Shown here in pieces: positions 47,470 through 61,274 of a stretch of 64,000 nt of DNA (position 1 is the stretch's first letter; each line of letters opens with the position of its first letter). Source of the stretch: Ranitomeya imitator. Lineage: Eukaryota. The DNA lies in contig NC_091288.1 in assembly GCF_032444005.1 (NCBI RefSeq), positions 193,564,001-193,628,000 of the forward strand, in the 5' to 3' direction. A program made the position numbers and the translations under genes. The notes under the pieces were generated by a model. The model searched no databases. It was not told where the DNA came from and worked only from the letters and a program-made list of their open reading frames with translations.

Positions 47470-48339
47470 TGTAGTCTATGTGTTGTAAGGGTGTGACAGG
47501 GAACCGTTATGCGCCTCTCCCCTGAAAACAAAGTCTGCAAGAAGAAGTATATTTAAATATGTGATTTTATTGTATTAGCAGTGTAAAATGTAAAGTGCAT
47601 GGAACCTTATAGGCACTAATGTATGTGGTTCTTCTAATGTACGGTAATTAATGAACAATATTGTTAAGGTGTAGTGTATAGGGAGAGAATAAAGATAGGT
47701 TTAGGATATAAGGTATAGTATAGGGTTTTATAGTTCAGATTAGGAAAAGAAAATATGCAGAGGTGGGCATATTAGTTGCAGGAAGTAGTACACAGGGTTA
47801 GATACGGTTAATATGTTTGGGACCAGTCCAGCATGGGAGGGGGTTGGTTATATAAAAAGGGGAGCACCTCCTGGTTAGATTAGATTGAGAGATAAAGTTT
47901 TAGTACGAGTTCTGGAGGGCACGAGAAGTACGCACTGTTCTGGCGGTATGAGAACATCGGTGACTGTCTTCAATTGACTTTTCTGTAATGTCCGGGGGTT
48001 ACGGCCCGAAACTAGGCACTGGATAGTGTGCCTTATTTCCTTCTAACAAGTGGAAGCCGGACGGGAAAAGCCGAAGGGAGACAGGACGGGTCTTGTGAGT
48101 GCTGCGGAGCCGGACAGAGTATCTCGGGGGCTGAAGGAGCCAGTAAGCGAAGGGATAGCTCAGGGTGAATATTAGGAAAACATGGCAACGTACTGTGCTT
48201 TGTGATCAATTCAACTCAGGCTGTTAAGTAAAGTTGAACTGGTTGTTAAGAAGTGCGAGTGTCCCCCGATTTGTGTGCGGCTGATAGTGGAACAAAGGAG
48301 GTGGATGCAGCAGATGCATCCAGCCTAAAAGTGACTACA
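47470..48339 (+). mobile_element. Probable solo LTR
   Basis: TGTAGTC ... GACTACA 7-bp inverted ends, TATATAAAA (~47848), AGTAAA (~48227); no PBS/PPT and no clean TSD. Confidence 0.55.
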
Positions 48340-49349
48340 CTGCATTGTATACAGCAAAACATTGATGGACAGGAACACTGTTTATTTGTGTGGTCCTAGG
48401 GCATAGGAACACAGCCCCTCAACCATGACCACCGCCCTGTGCCCCTTACAATGTATCCACAGCAATTCACCAGTAATTACAGTGTGAGCTATTATATTCA
48501 TTAGCTCAAAGATTGTCCATCTCTGGGGACATTGGCCTGTGCTCAAAAATTGTTTTTGCAATTTTATTACAAATATGGCATCGTTTGGCTTTTGCAGGTT
48601 CTTTACTTTCCCGCACATTCTGCTTGGATGTGGTCTGCTGCGGCCATAAGCAGCTGAGAGGCGCTCAGAAAAAGACAAATAGTGTTTATAAACCCTCTTA
48701 CTGGAGTGTCAGAACCTGATCACTGACAGATTCTCAGTTAGCCCATTCAATAGCCAGCAATACACAGGGCTACACAAAGGTTATGGTGGGCAAATGATGC
48801 AACATTTTTAATGAAACCTAAATACAAGAATGATTTTTAGCTAAAAACACATGCTTTAAAATAAGAGAAAAAAAAGGACATCCATCATAAAGGCCAAAAA
48901 GCACATAAACAAACTCTTAAAAGGATGTTTATCTTATGTAAACATGTCAGCCAAAGAAGGCTCACCAGATCACATCCTTTATGTGGCCTAAGATCTTTGT
49001 CGTCTTTGTAAATAGGCATTCACATACAAAGTAATAGGGTCTTTTTCATTGTGAAGGGGGGGGGGGGAGGCTCTAAAACTGAAGAGAATGGACCTTTTCA
49101 TTTCTATGCAAAAATGGATTCATATGGGTCAAGTAGATTAGGTGATGGGCATTTGTTTAACGAGGGAGATGAGGTCTAATTATAACAAATAAACGATTTT
49201 CCAGACGACTCTTAATTAAAATATTTCAAAAATTTTATTCCATATCATAAATATTGGCACTCACAATAAATCCAAGCATGATGAGGTTTCCTAATGATAC
49301 AATGCCCTTTATCAAGGTGGGCATTAGGCCGCTTGTTTTCTTCAGGAAA

Positions 49350-50543
49350 ATGGGCCAAAAAAAAAGAGTTAACTGACTCTGACAAGTCAAAAATTGTGAA
49401 AAGTCTTACAGAAGGATGCAGCACTCTGGAAATTGCTAAGCGATCACAGAACTATCGAGAAGACTTGTTGCAAATAGAGACAAACGGGTTCAAATATAGA
49501 GACTCAATAGATGTTCGAAGGCTCAAATGTGGAGTGACCAGGAAGCCAATATCCTCTCTTAGTCCAGAGATGCAACATCTCTGGAGGGCCTAGAAGTACA
49601 AGGTGCTCAAAGACACGGCCGAGGTAAGGAAGGAAGAAACCAGACCACCACTGAGCAAGACACAGAAGGACAAGGTGTTCAGTGCTCAGAGACACAGCCG
49701 AGGTAAAGAAGGCAGAAACCGGACCACCACTGAGCAATACATAGAAGTACAAGGTGCTCAGAGACACGGCCGAGGTAAGGAAGGAAGAAACCGGACCACC
49801 ATTGAGCAAGACACAGAAGAACAAGATGCTCAGAGACATGGCCGAGGTAAGGAAGAAAGAAACCCGACCACCACTGAGAAAGACACAGAAGTGCAAGATG
49901 CTCAGAGACACGGCCGAGGTAAGGAAGGAAGAAACACAACCACCACTGAGCAAGACACAGAAGTGCAAGGTGTTTAGTGCTCAGAGACATGGCCGAGGTA
50001 AGGAAGGAAGAAACCGGTCCACCACTGAGCAAGACACAGAAGTACAAGGTGTTCAGTGCTCAGAGACATGGCCAAGGTAAGGAAGGAAGAAACCCGACCA
50101 CCACTGAGCAAGATACAGAAGTGCAAGGTGCTCACAGACATGGCCGAGGTAAGGAAGGAAGAAACCCAACCACCACTGAGCAAGACACAGAAGATCAAGG
50201 TGTTTAGTGCTCAGAGACATGGCCGAGGTAAGGAAGGCAGAAACCGGACCACCACTAAGCAAGACACAAAAGTGCAAAGTGTTCAGTGCTCAGAGACACG
50301 GCCGAGGTAAGGAAGGAACTGGACCACCACTGAGCAAGATACAGAAGTACAAGGTGCTCAGAGACATGGCCGAGGTAAGGAAGGAAGAAACCGGACCACC
50401 ACTGAGCAAGACATAGAAGTGGAAATAACAAGACTAGGCCAAGAAATATCTGAAGACAGATTTTCCAAAGGTTTTATGGATTGATGAGATGAGAGGGACT
50501 CTTGATGGACCAAATATATGGACCCGAGGCTGGATCAGTAACG
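49350..50543 (+). pseudogene. Tc1-like transposase remnant split by a tandem array
   Basis: MGQK..LTDSDKSKIVKSLTEGCSTLEIAK..DHRTI on the left; AKKYLKTDFPKVLWIDEMRGTLDGP..W.RGWIS on the right; frameshifts and stops. Confidence 0.85.
49592..50420 (+). repeat. 72/79-bp minisatellite derived from Tc1 coding sequence
   Basis: ~11 units encoding VLRD(M/T)AEVRKEET(R/G)PPLSKTQK. Confidence 0.92.
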
Positions 50544-50599
50544 ACATAGACTTCCACATCAGCTCAGAAAGAACTAGAAAGAACGAACGAACGAGAACA

Positions 50600-50800
50600 G
50601 AAGTTGTGAGGACTATTCCGAATGCTCAGCAGGGTAGCACTACAACACACAGGCGCTAGTGGTAGCCAACGATTTCCACCTGCAAAGGGAACTCTGGATG
50701 TGCCCATCGGACCGGCCGGTCTCTGATAGCCCTGTTAACCGTGCTCTGGATTGCGGATCCTGAAGTCTTCAGTAAAGAGGTAAAGAGACTGCAACCTGTG
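50600..50800 (+). mobile_element. Possible LTR fragment
   Basis: Resembles the 3' part of frog Gypsy-type LTRs (AGTAAAGAGGTAAAGAGACTGCAACC); recognition from memory only. Confidence 0.3.
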
Positions 50801-51701
50801 GCCCTGTGTCTGGGGGTGATCTAACTGATCATCATCTCCCCCAGCAATCAGCTGGCCGGCAACCCAATGCACATTAGAGGGTCGGCCAAATCCATCGATA
50901 TTGTTAGGCGCGGCCGAAAGTGGTCTAATGTGTATGACTTCAACTCCAAGTGATCCTACAATGTCAGAACTGTGCATATACAAAGCAGATAAAATTCTAT
51001 TTTTTTTAGGATGCAAACAGACCTTCTAGGAAAACAGTCTTAGTTTATCTAGGATACTTGCTTAAAGGGGTTGTCTGGCTTTAGATTTGTGGGGGTTCGA
51101 CCAACCGATTGCCAAAATGGTGATCTTTTATCCCTTTAAGAATAGAGCATGCCCAACCTCGCCTCCATTCATTCCCTGTATTCGGCTTTCTCCTGCGATC
51201 CTGCAGGGATTGAATGGTTCCTGCACCTCTCCATGTCCCGTGTCAGATCCAATGGAAGAATGGATTTAGAGGGGCCCATTAATGTCTGAGCACAGCGTAG
51301 CATTTGCTATCATTCTCTGCACAGATATACTATGTGACACTCTGAAGGGAATTTCTAGTTTAGTAGTAAATCCCGCTGACGTAGAAAGACCGCTATTTGC
51401 CAAGTATCTTTATTGCTGCTGGCGTGGTTCCACCATTCTGAGAGCGATGCAATAAAGCGCGCTTTACTCCAGTTCTGTGCTCCTGGTGAATTAATTACAA
51501 GGGTTATAGAGCACACCGCTTACACCAGGGACGGTGTTCATTATCAAGGGGGAAGACTGGAGGATCTGAAACATCACACAGAAGGGGCAAAACAAGCAAC
51601 ACCGGATCCCTACGGGCAGTGAGATGCAACGAAGGAAAGAAAAAGCAACAACGTGAGAAAAGATCCTGGTAATACAGCCCTGGCGTAGATTCGGAGCCAT
51701 A

Positions 51702-51895
51702 GGCCACGTGCACACTGTCAGTATTTGGTGAGTTTTTTACGTCAGTATTTGTGAGCCAAAACCAGGAGTGGGTGATAAATAGAGAAGTGGTGACGTGGTT
51801 CTATTATACTTTTCCTCTGATTGTTCCACTCCTGATTTTGACTTATAAATACTGATGTAAGATACTGACCAATTACTGACCGTGTGAACGCGGCT
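51702..51895. mobile_element. Degenerate Harbinger-type MITE
   Basis: GGCCACGTGCACAC / GTGTGAACGCGGCT. Confidence 0.55.
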
Positions 51896-53726
51896 TTAGA
51901 AATACAGTATCAGCCTTCACACACAATGATTGATGCCGTCCTGTATACATGTACATACTCATGCAGCTATTATAGGGGTTGACCTAAGATTGTAAGCTCT
52001 CTCTTGTCCATACGGTAAGGGATATGACTTGCTGATACATCTTGTCATATGCCTCTATGTTGTGGAATGGTGCACCATCCTGTCACCAGTTTTGGCTACC
52101 CCATCTGAGAGCAGTATTATGAGGGAGAAAAGATCCCGATTTCAGCGATGTCTCACTTACTGGGCTGCTTGCTGGAGTTTTGATAAAATCGTTGTTTTAT
52201 CTGCTGCAGATCTAGCAGTTCTCTGAATGCTGAGCTCTGGTATAATCCTGCCCACACCACTGATTGGCTTTCTGTGTACACTTTGCATAGGCAGAAAGCT
52301 GCCAATCAGTGATGGGGGCAGGGTTAGACTATCTGGCAGCAGGCCAAGTGGTGCTCCGATGATAATCTCCTGCTGATAAAACAGTGATTTTATAAAAAAA
52401 TTACACTAAGTAGTCCAGTAAGTCACACATCACTGATATCAGGGTCTCTGCCTCTTTACATTATGCTGCTGTCGGATTAGGTAACAAAAACTGGTGACAA
52501 ATTCCCTTTAAGGCCCCACAAACATTGAATTGATCCATATGCTGTTGATATTGGTCAATGCTCTGATGGTTATGGGGCCTCCAGACTGTACAGTGACAGA
52601 TGATATTGGGAAGATAAGAATTGGGTGGTTTGAATTCAACGCCCTGCCCTTTTATTTTTTTTTGAGAGATAAGAGAGGAGCCTGCCAGCAGCTTTCTTGC
52701 TCTCCATTGAATATACGTGAGCGACGGCAGAGACAGATATTCATGTGCATGGTGGGATAAGCCAGAGATAGACTGTACTCAACAAGGGGGGTGGCACTTT
52801 ACACATAAAGTCCCATCTCCGTTCTGGTCGTAACATCAAGGGCGGACATATCATTGATGCAATGTGTGCGGCCGCACGGGGGCCCAATAGCTAAGGGGGC
52901 CCATTTCTAACTCCACATCAGGTGCAATTTTGCATTTTTATGAGTTCTTTGGCTGCAAAGGGCCCATATATTGTTCTTGCACAGGGGCCCTTTTGTGCCC
53001 ACCAGTGATTAACATTATATTGTGGATTAAATATCTGTTTCCTCCACATTTGTGAAAATAATTATAAAGTGTCCGCAGCAGTCACAAGTCCATTACTGTG
53101 AGGGACGCTGGGTGACGCCTTTAAGCATCAAGGGTTTAAGCAGGATCTCAGGAACCCAAACAAGACTTTTATTGGTTCATTATTAGAAACTAAAGAGATG
53201 GAGAGAGGAGAGAAGATTATAGACCACGACAATCCACTTAAGACCCCCAAACACAGACTAATGTTGGCATGATCAACGGATTCTATTGACACGCTAATGT
53301 GTATGGGGGCGCACCCAACTGGTCATCGGGGAAATATCGATCGGGCATGCCCAATTTTCGGAATGTGATTGCTTTGTTCTGGAGATAAGGCATGGATAGA
53401 CATGTCTCGCAATGGCTCTCATGGGCGCTACTGGGTATAGAAGAGTCCACTGAGATATTATCCTTTCAATAGCACAGTAGAGGTTCTGGCACATTACAGA
53501 GTCCTACAGAAAAGGAAAGCTTTTCCATATTTGTGGACACATGAAAAATAGTCTAGGAGTCTACAGGTGGAATCTAATTATCATCCATTCATTGTTAATG
53601 TCCCCCCATCCCAATCCCCGCTAACGAGATAAGATACACAACACTGGAGTTTTTATTTCACATCTTCTGGATATCTATGTGTCTCGCCCTCTTTTATGTA
53701 TATTGTAGCTAGGAGATTCTGCATAA

Positions 53727-54119
53727 GGCCTCTTTCACACTTCCGTCGGTACGGGTCCGTCGCTATGCGTCGGGCCGACGTACCGATGGACGTTGTGAAT
53801 TTACTGCACGATGTGGGCAGCGGATGCAGTTTTTCGACGCATCCGCTGCCCATTCTGCAGTCCGGGGAGGAGGGGGTGGAGTTTCCGCCGCGCATGCGCG
53901 GTCGAAAATGGCGGACGCGACGTACAAAAAAGGTTACATTGAACTTTTTTGTGAAACACGACGGATCCGTCGCACGACGGACGCAAAGTGTGGCAATCCG
54001 TCGCTAATACAAATTTATGGGCAAAAAACGCATCCTGCGAGCACATTTTGCAGGATCTGTTTTTTGCCCAAAACGACAGATTGCGACGGATTGCAAAAAA
54101 CGGAAGTGTGAAAGAGGCC
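53727..54119. mobile_element. Harbinger-type MITE
   Basis: Perfect TIR GGCCTCTTTCACACTTCCGT / ACGGAAGTGTGAAAGAGGCC, TAA/TAA. Confidence 0.88.
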
Positions 54120-54170
54120 TAACTATAAAAACAATTCCTAAAGAATATAGCACTGAGTAGTTGCTCAAGG

Positions 54171-54277
54171 AGGGTCCAAACACCAACCCAATACAAAGGG
54201 TCCAAACACCAACCCAATACAAAGGGTCCAAACGCCAACCCAATGCAAAGGGTCCAAACACCAACCCAATGCAAAGG
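54171..54277 (+). repeat. 26-bp tandem repeat, 4 copies (AGGGTCCAAACACCAACCCAAT(A/G)CAA)
   Basis: Directly visible. Confidence 0.9.
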
Positions 54278-55405
54278 ACAAACTTGGGCACTCAGAATTG
54301 GGAAAGTTCTTCTTTTGCATTATCCAGGTAATAGCCTGATAAAGAGTGTATTTAGAATTAACCAGTGTCAGACTGGAGAACATTGGGCCCACCAGAGGAT
54401 TTGACTCGGAGGGCTCACATTTCTCCCCCACTGAAGAGCCCCATACCAGCTGCAAGGTTTGCACTATGAACTCTTCTGAAGGAGAAGCCAGGGCCCTCCA
54501 GTTCTCTGGTGGGCCAGTCCAACCCTGGAATTAACTATTGATCATAAAGCTACTGTATATGTTTTAATTAAAGGATGTTAAGATTTTATTTTTGCATTAA
54601 GCTGCATTACTTGGATACTAAAATTAAATTTACTGAGAACCATCAATACATGAATATGTCACCAGAATCACCATCAGCTTTGTGCAAGCTGTATTTGTTG
54701 CATGAAGGACGCAAAAACCATCAGATGTATCCCTTTATTTACAATGGGGGTCTGTTTATTTTCCATTAGAGTATTTGACAAATTCTGGACACCTTAATTG
54801 AAGCCAAACAGACCCGATTATAAAAAAAAAGACCAATACTATTAAAGCTGTGCAATAATTGGGGGCCCTGTTAGAGCTTTTACATTGGGGTCCATGAGTT
54901 TCAAGTTACACCACTGACCCCACGGTCAAACATTTATGGTAAAACCAATTGATATGCCACTTGTGTGATTCTTTTGTTAAGGGGAATTACCAGTCAGAGA
55001 CCACCCCTCGCAATGCCCCGTACATTGGTCTATACTGATGGATTCAGCTGACAGTACAATTTGTACGGTGCTCCCTGACAGATGATTTTGGAGGTAAATA
55101 AATATCTGGTGTGTCTGATTTCGGAGTGACAATCACTCTGTTCTCCTTGAGATAAGCGGCCGCCATGTCTGGCAATGGCCCTCTCAAAGGGGACACAGGA
55201 GCACTTGACAGAGTGAGAGCTCCCTTGTGTGGGAGGATCTGATGAGATCGCAGCTGGGCGAAATATTGGGCACACCAACGTTTGGCCGATAGTTATCTAA
55301 ATACTGTGGGAGGCTTTAGGTTTAAGCTGTTGGGGGAAGTCCGGGCCAGACAGCACATCTATGAAATACAGATGGTAAAAGTCTGTTCTAACATATTATT
55401 GATCG

Positions 55406-58170
55406 TTATGGCTCGTAATGGGGGCCGGTAGTATTGCCCCTTTATGGCTGGCAGAGGGGGCCAGGAGTGTTGCCCTGTTTTGGCTCATAGAAATGGCCAT
55501 TATGGTTCCTCCGTTATCTCTCATAGAGGGGGGCGGTAGTATTGCTCCATTATGGCTTGTAGAGGGAGTCAGGACTATTGTTCCATTATGGCTTGCAGAG
55601 GGGGACGGGAGTGTTGAGTTGACCTGTTTCGATTCATATAGGGGGCTGGGAGTGTTGCCCTGTTATGGCTCATAGAGGGGGCTGGGAGTGTTGCCCCGTT
55701 TTGGCTCATAGAGAAGACCAAGAGTGTTGTTCTGTTATGGCTCGTAGAAGGGTGGGAGTGTTTTCCCATTATGGCTTGTAAAGGGAGCCGGGAGTATAGC
55801 CCTATTATGGCTGGTAGAGGGGGCCGGGAGTGTTGCCCCATTATGACTGGGTAGAGGGGGCTAGGAGTGTCTCCCTATTATGGCTCGTAGAGGGGGCCAT
55901 GAGTGTTGCCCGGTTATAGTTCTTAGAGGAGGCAAGGAGTTTTGCTCCATTATGGCTCATAGAGGGGGCCTAGAGCATTACGCCGTTATGGCTCGTAAAA
56001 GGGGCCTAGAGTGTTATGCCGTTATGGCTCGTAGAAGGGGCCTAGAGTATTATGCCGTTATGGCTCGTAAAAGGGGCCTAGAGTATTATGCCGTTATGGC
56101 TCGTAGAGGGGGCCTAGAGTATTACACCGTTATGGCTCATAGAGGGGGCCTAGAGTATTACGCCGTTATGGCTCATAGAGGGGGCCTAGAGTATTATGCC
56201 GTTATGGCTCGTAGAGGGGGCCTAGAGTATTACACCGTTATGGCTCATAGAGGGGGCCTAGAGTATTACACCGTTATGGCTCATAGAGGGGGCCTAGAGT
56301 ACTATGCAGTTATGGCTCATAGAGGGGGCCTAGAGTATTATGCCGTTATGGCTCATATAGGGGGTCTAGAGTATTACGGCGTTATGGCTCATAGAGGGGG
56401 CCTAGAGTATTATGCCGTTATGGCTCATATAGGGGGCCTAGAGTATTACGCCGTTATGGCTCAGAGAGGGGGCCTAGAGTATTACACCGTTATGGCTCAT
56501 AGAGGGGGCCTAGAGTATTACCCCGTTATGGCTCATAGAGGGGGCCTAGAGTATTACACCATTATGGCTCATAGAGGGGGCCTAGAGTATTACGCCGTTA
56601 TGGCTCATAGAGGGGGCCTAGAGTATTACACCGTTATGGCTCATAGAGGGGGCCTAGAGTATTACACCGTTATGGCTCATAGAGGGTGCCTAGAGTATTA
56701 CGCCGTTATTGCTCATAGAAGGGGCCTAGAGTATTACACCGTTATGGCTCATAGAGGGGGCCTAGAGTATGACGCCGTTATGGCTCATAGAGGGGGGCCT
56801 AGAGCATTACGCCGTTATGGCTCATAGAGGGGGCCTAGAGTATTACGCCGTTATGGCTCATAGAGGGGGCCTAGAGCATTACGCCGTTATGGCTCATAGA
56901 GGGGGGCCTAGAGCATTACGCCGTTATGGCTCATAGAGGGGGCCTAGAGCATTACGCCGTTATGGCTCATAGAGGGGGCCTAGAGCATTATGCCGTTATG
57001 GCTCATAGATGGGGCCTAGAGTATTACGCCGTTATTGCTCATAGAGGGGGCCTAGAGTATTACGCCATTATGGCTCATAGAGGGGGCCTAGAGTACTATG
57101 CCGTTATTGCTCATAGAGGGGGCCTAGAGTATTACGCCATTATGGCTCATAGAGGGGGCCTAGAGTATTACCCCGTTATGACCCATAGAGGGGGCCTAGA
57201 GTATTACCCCGTTATGGCTCATAGAGGGGGCCTAGAGTATTACGCCGTTATGGCTCATAGAGGGGGCCTAGAGTATTACCCCGTTATGACCCATAGAGGG
57301 GGCCTAGAGTATTACCCCGTTATGGCTCATAGAGGGGGCCTAGAGCATTACGCCGTTATGGCTCATAGAGGGGGCCTAGAGTATTACCCCATTATGGCTC
57401 ATAGAGGGGGCCTAGAGTATTACGCCGTTATGGCTCATAGCGGGGGAATAGAGTATTACGCGTTATGGCTCATAGAGGGGGCCTAGAGCATTACGCCGTA
57501 ATGGCTCGTAGAGGGGGCCTAGAGTATTACCCCGTTATGGCTCATAGAGGGGGCCTAGAGTATTACACCGTTATGGCTCATAGAGGGGGCCTAGAGCATT
57601 ACGCCGTTATGGCTCGTAGATGGGTCCAGGAGTGTTCCCCCGTTATGGCTCATAGAGGGGACCTAGAGTATTATGCCGTTATGGCTCATAGAGGGGGCCT
57701 AGAGTATTACCCCGTTATGGCTCATAGAGGGGGCCTAGAGTATTACACCGTTATGGCTCATAGAGGGGGCCTAGAGTATTACACCGTTATGGCTCATAGA
57801 GGGGGCCTAGAGTATTATGCCGTTATGGCTCATAGAGGGGGCCTAGAGTATTACCCCGTTATGGCTCATAGAGGGGGCCTAGAGTATTACACCGTTATGG
57901 CTCATAGAGGGGGCCTAGAGTATTACACCGTTATGGCTCGTAGAGGGGGCCTAGAGCATTATGCCGTAATGGCTCGTAGAGGGGGCCTAGAGTATTACCC
58001 CGTTATGGCTTGTAGAGGGGGCCTAGAGTATTACGCCGTTATGGCTTGTAGATGGGTCCAGGAGTGTTGCCCCGTTATGGCTCATAGAGGGGGCCAGAGT
58101 TTTGCCCATTATGGCTCGTAGACGGGTCCAGGAGTGTTGGCCAGTTATGGCTCGTAGAGGGGGCCGAGAG
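55406..58170 (+). repeat. 36-bp minisatellite (ATGGCTCATAGAGGGGGCCTAGAGTATTACGCCGTT)
   Basis: ~75 units; homogeneous core ~55950-58030, degenerate at both edges. Confidence 0.97.
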
Positions 58171-59304
58171 TAGACCCTCTCTAGGATATTAATGTGTGGA
58201 CTTTATCAGTAATTTTGTACCTAGATCACTCAATATTTTACCATGGTCTGATTAATAGAATATATTGCAGTGCAAAGATGATACAGGAATAGAAAAAGAG
58301 CCAGAATCTGCAGAAAGACCACTTTCAGATTATATCTTGCCCCCACTTCATGTACAATGTTTTCTCACTTTTGCAGGCAGGATTTATGGCCTGGCAGTAT
58401 AAAACATAGATAGTTCTGAAGGTCTCTTTGATAAAACATTATTTCCTCCTGTCATTTGTGCATCCCATAGTCAGAGAAGTGTGCTTCATAAAGCTCTAGG
58501 CACAGAAATCTTTGTGCTGTCGCATTGTTCTGGGAGAACGGGGGTGATGTTTAACAATGGAGGGGGGTAATGTCTGGCAAGAAGTGAGAATAAGATCTGC
58601 TGGGGTCAGAGCAGGCGGAGAAGAGAAAAGGGTGGGAATGTAAAGTAGAAGGGTATGTAACAATAGAGGAGCTGGAGGCAACATGGAGGCGGAGAGGCGT
58701 ACCACAGTATTGGAGGAGTGGCGTCTCTATGTGTCAGGGATAGGGGAGTGATTGAGGCTGTGGATTCCCAGACATGTGAATATAACCAATGTCAGTAATT
58801 GTGCCACCAGCATACTCGTACCGGATTACTCCTCCATTGTTGGCAAAGCCGTCCGCGCGCTGGTCAATTTGCCTTTGATTTAAGAAGCGTGCCGTCATGG
58901 CAGCTGAAAAACGGAGTACAAGACAGGGAGCGATGCATCACAACGGCGCCCGCCGGACACTACTGACTACAATGAGATCCGCCAGGTTTCCTTCTTGGAT
59001 TCCGTAATTTCAAGGGAAGACGTAGTGTTGCACTACTTTATTTCATGAATTTTTAGCAATCTGTAACGGAACCTACAACACAGGTGTGAGCGAAGCCATT
59101 AATGTGAGCCTCCTTATTCCCCCCCGACAGATGATGTCGGTGTAGAGAAGGATTCAATCTGCTAAATTTCAGCAACCGCAGCAATAATCCTCTACCACCA
59201 AGGTCTGCCAGCTGCTCTCTCCCTCTGAGAGTTCCTGTGTATGGAGGAGTCGGGACAGATAGTTGTTGGCTAGACGTTCAGCCGACAACTAACTGAATCT
59301 GTAT

Positions 59305-59665
59305 GGCTACTTTCACACTAGCGTTGTTTGCTGTACGTCGGAATGCGTCGTTTTGGAGAAAAAAACGCATCCTGCAAAGTTGCCCGCAGGATGCGTTTTC
59401 TCTCCATAAGCTTGCATTGGACGTATGGCCACACGTCGCATCCGTCGTTCCATGTAACTTTTTTGGGCATCGTGTCCGCCATTTCCGACCGCGCATGCGC
59501 GGCCGGAACTCCGCCCCCTCCTCCCCGCTCATCACAATGCAGCAGCGGATGCGCTGAAAAACTGCATCTGCTGCTCCCGTTGTGCAACATTAACACACTG
59601 TCCGTCGGTACATCGGGCCGACGGTTGGCGACGGCCCGTACCGACGGACTAGTGTGAAAGTAGCC
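59305..59665. mobile_element. Harbinger-type MITE with TAT target duplication
   Basis: GGCTACTTTCACACTAG / CTAGTGTGAAAGTAGCC, TAT/TAT. Confidence 0.85.
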
Positions 59666-59956
59666 TATGTCCTGCATGTGGAATATTTTTTTTTTTTTCT
59701 GTTGGATTCTGTTGAAATCTGGAGCAAAAAAAAATATTGTGCCATGCTTTTTGATGCCAAATATTCTGGATAAACTGGTGTAAATATATAAATCATTCTG
59801 CCTGGTGGCAGATTTACGTTATGTGCCCATGGAGTTTTTGGAGCAGCAAATGAGCAGAAATTCTCCAAATCCTTTTAAAAAATCAAAACATTGGAGTTTC
59901 CCACTTGTCTGTGTTCCAAAAATTCAGCAAAAAAACTCAGTGTGCATGTACCCTAA

Positions 59957-60313
59957 GGCTCTGTGCACACGTTGCGGATTTTGCTGCGGATCCGCAGCAT
60001 TTCCACAGCTGCGGATCTGCAGCAGTTTCCCAGGAGTTTACAGTACAATGTAAACCTATGGGAAACAGAAAACGCTGTGCCAATGCTGCGGAAAAAAACG
60101 CGTGGAAACGCAGTGGATTATTTTCCACAGCATGTCAATTCTTTGTGCGGAATCCGCAACGGTTTTACATCTGCTCCAATAGAAAACTGCAGGTGTAAAA
60201 CAGCAGCGGAATCCGCAGTAGAAAACGCGATAAATCCACAGTAAAAACCGCAGCGGTTTTCAAATGCGGATTTATCAAATCTGCAGAGGATCATTCTACG
60301 TGTGCACTTACCC
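59957..60313. mobile_element. Harbinger-type MITE
   Basis: GGCTCTGTGCACACG / CGTGTGCACTTACCC; flanks TAA/TTA. Confidence 0.7.
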
Positions 60314-61274
60314 TTATATCTCTCCTTCCTGCTGTATCTCTTCTGGCTTTGATTTAAAAAAAACTGCACCGCAGGTTTGTTGGGTGGATTTGCCTGTGGG
60401 TGGAATTAAGGTGACAGGAAATGGAAAAATTAGAAAACAAAAACAGAAACAAAAGTGGATAAAACAAACAAACAAACAAACTGTTCTTAATTGGTGTTTT
60501 ATATTTCACTATTGGCTTCTATCAAACACTTGGCAAAAACAATGCTGCAAAAAATGCTGTGGGTGAAATCTGCAGCATTTGTGCAACAAAATCAGGTGCT
60601 TTTGCAGTTGCGGAAAATCCGCAGCAAATAATGTCTGGGTGTCTCCCCCCAAGGGTGTCTATTCTATACATGAGGTGCATTTATGAGGGGTCAGTCTGCT
60701 GTGGGTTTTGCCACAAAACAGTGGCAAATCTGCAGTAAAATCCAGATGTGAGCTTTCCTGCTGATTTAACCCTGTGCATTAGTAGAAATCTGTCATGGAT
60801 TCTGCACTAATGATTGTCAGGCTGTGGATTTCTGCACAGAAAGAAGTTCTGACTCTCTGGATCACACTGGGATCTATGGGTGAGCCACAAGTCACTTTCA
60901 CAATGTAAGTCTATTTAGCATGAGAACAAGGCGCCATAGACTTACATTACAAAAGTGACTTCTGCCTTATATATAGACCCCAGTGTGATCCAGAGAGTGG
61001 GGGAAAGAAGAGGAGCGGAAAGGCGCTGTAAATCAGTGAGTATATTAGTACCCCCACATTGCATACACATTCACAGGTTTAGTCCATATAGTTATTTTTT
61101 TTTTATGAAAGTGCTCTTTTAAAATAGATCTGTCACCAGATTTCATAATACAAACTGCATATGTTATTATTACACATGGCTTTCAGACCTGATGAGGCTT
61201 GTGTACTCACTTTGAAAATTCATGTTGGAGTGGTTGCATAATCGTAAAATTAAAGGGGTTGTCCGGCCTTGGAG

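Noticed and set aside
55880-58121. 315-, 186- and 218-aa repeat ORFs as a real gene
   Set aside because: Explained by a 36-bp unit lacking stops in one frame; interrupted by indels; kept only as a low-interest note.
58820-58900. Minus-strand RFLNQRQ resembling UNKL HFLNQRR
   Set aside because: Wrong strand for the expected UNKL, no flanking CCCH residues and no splice context.
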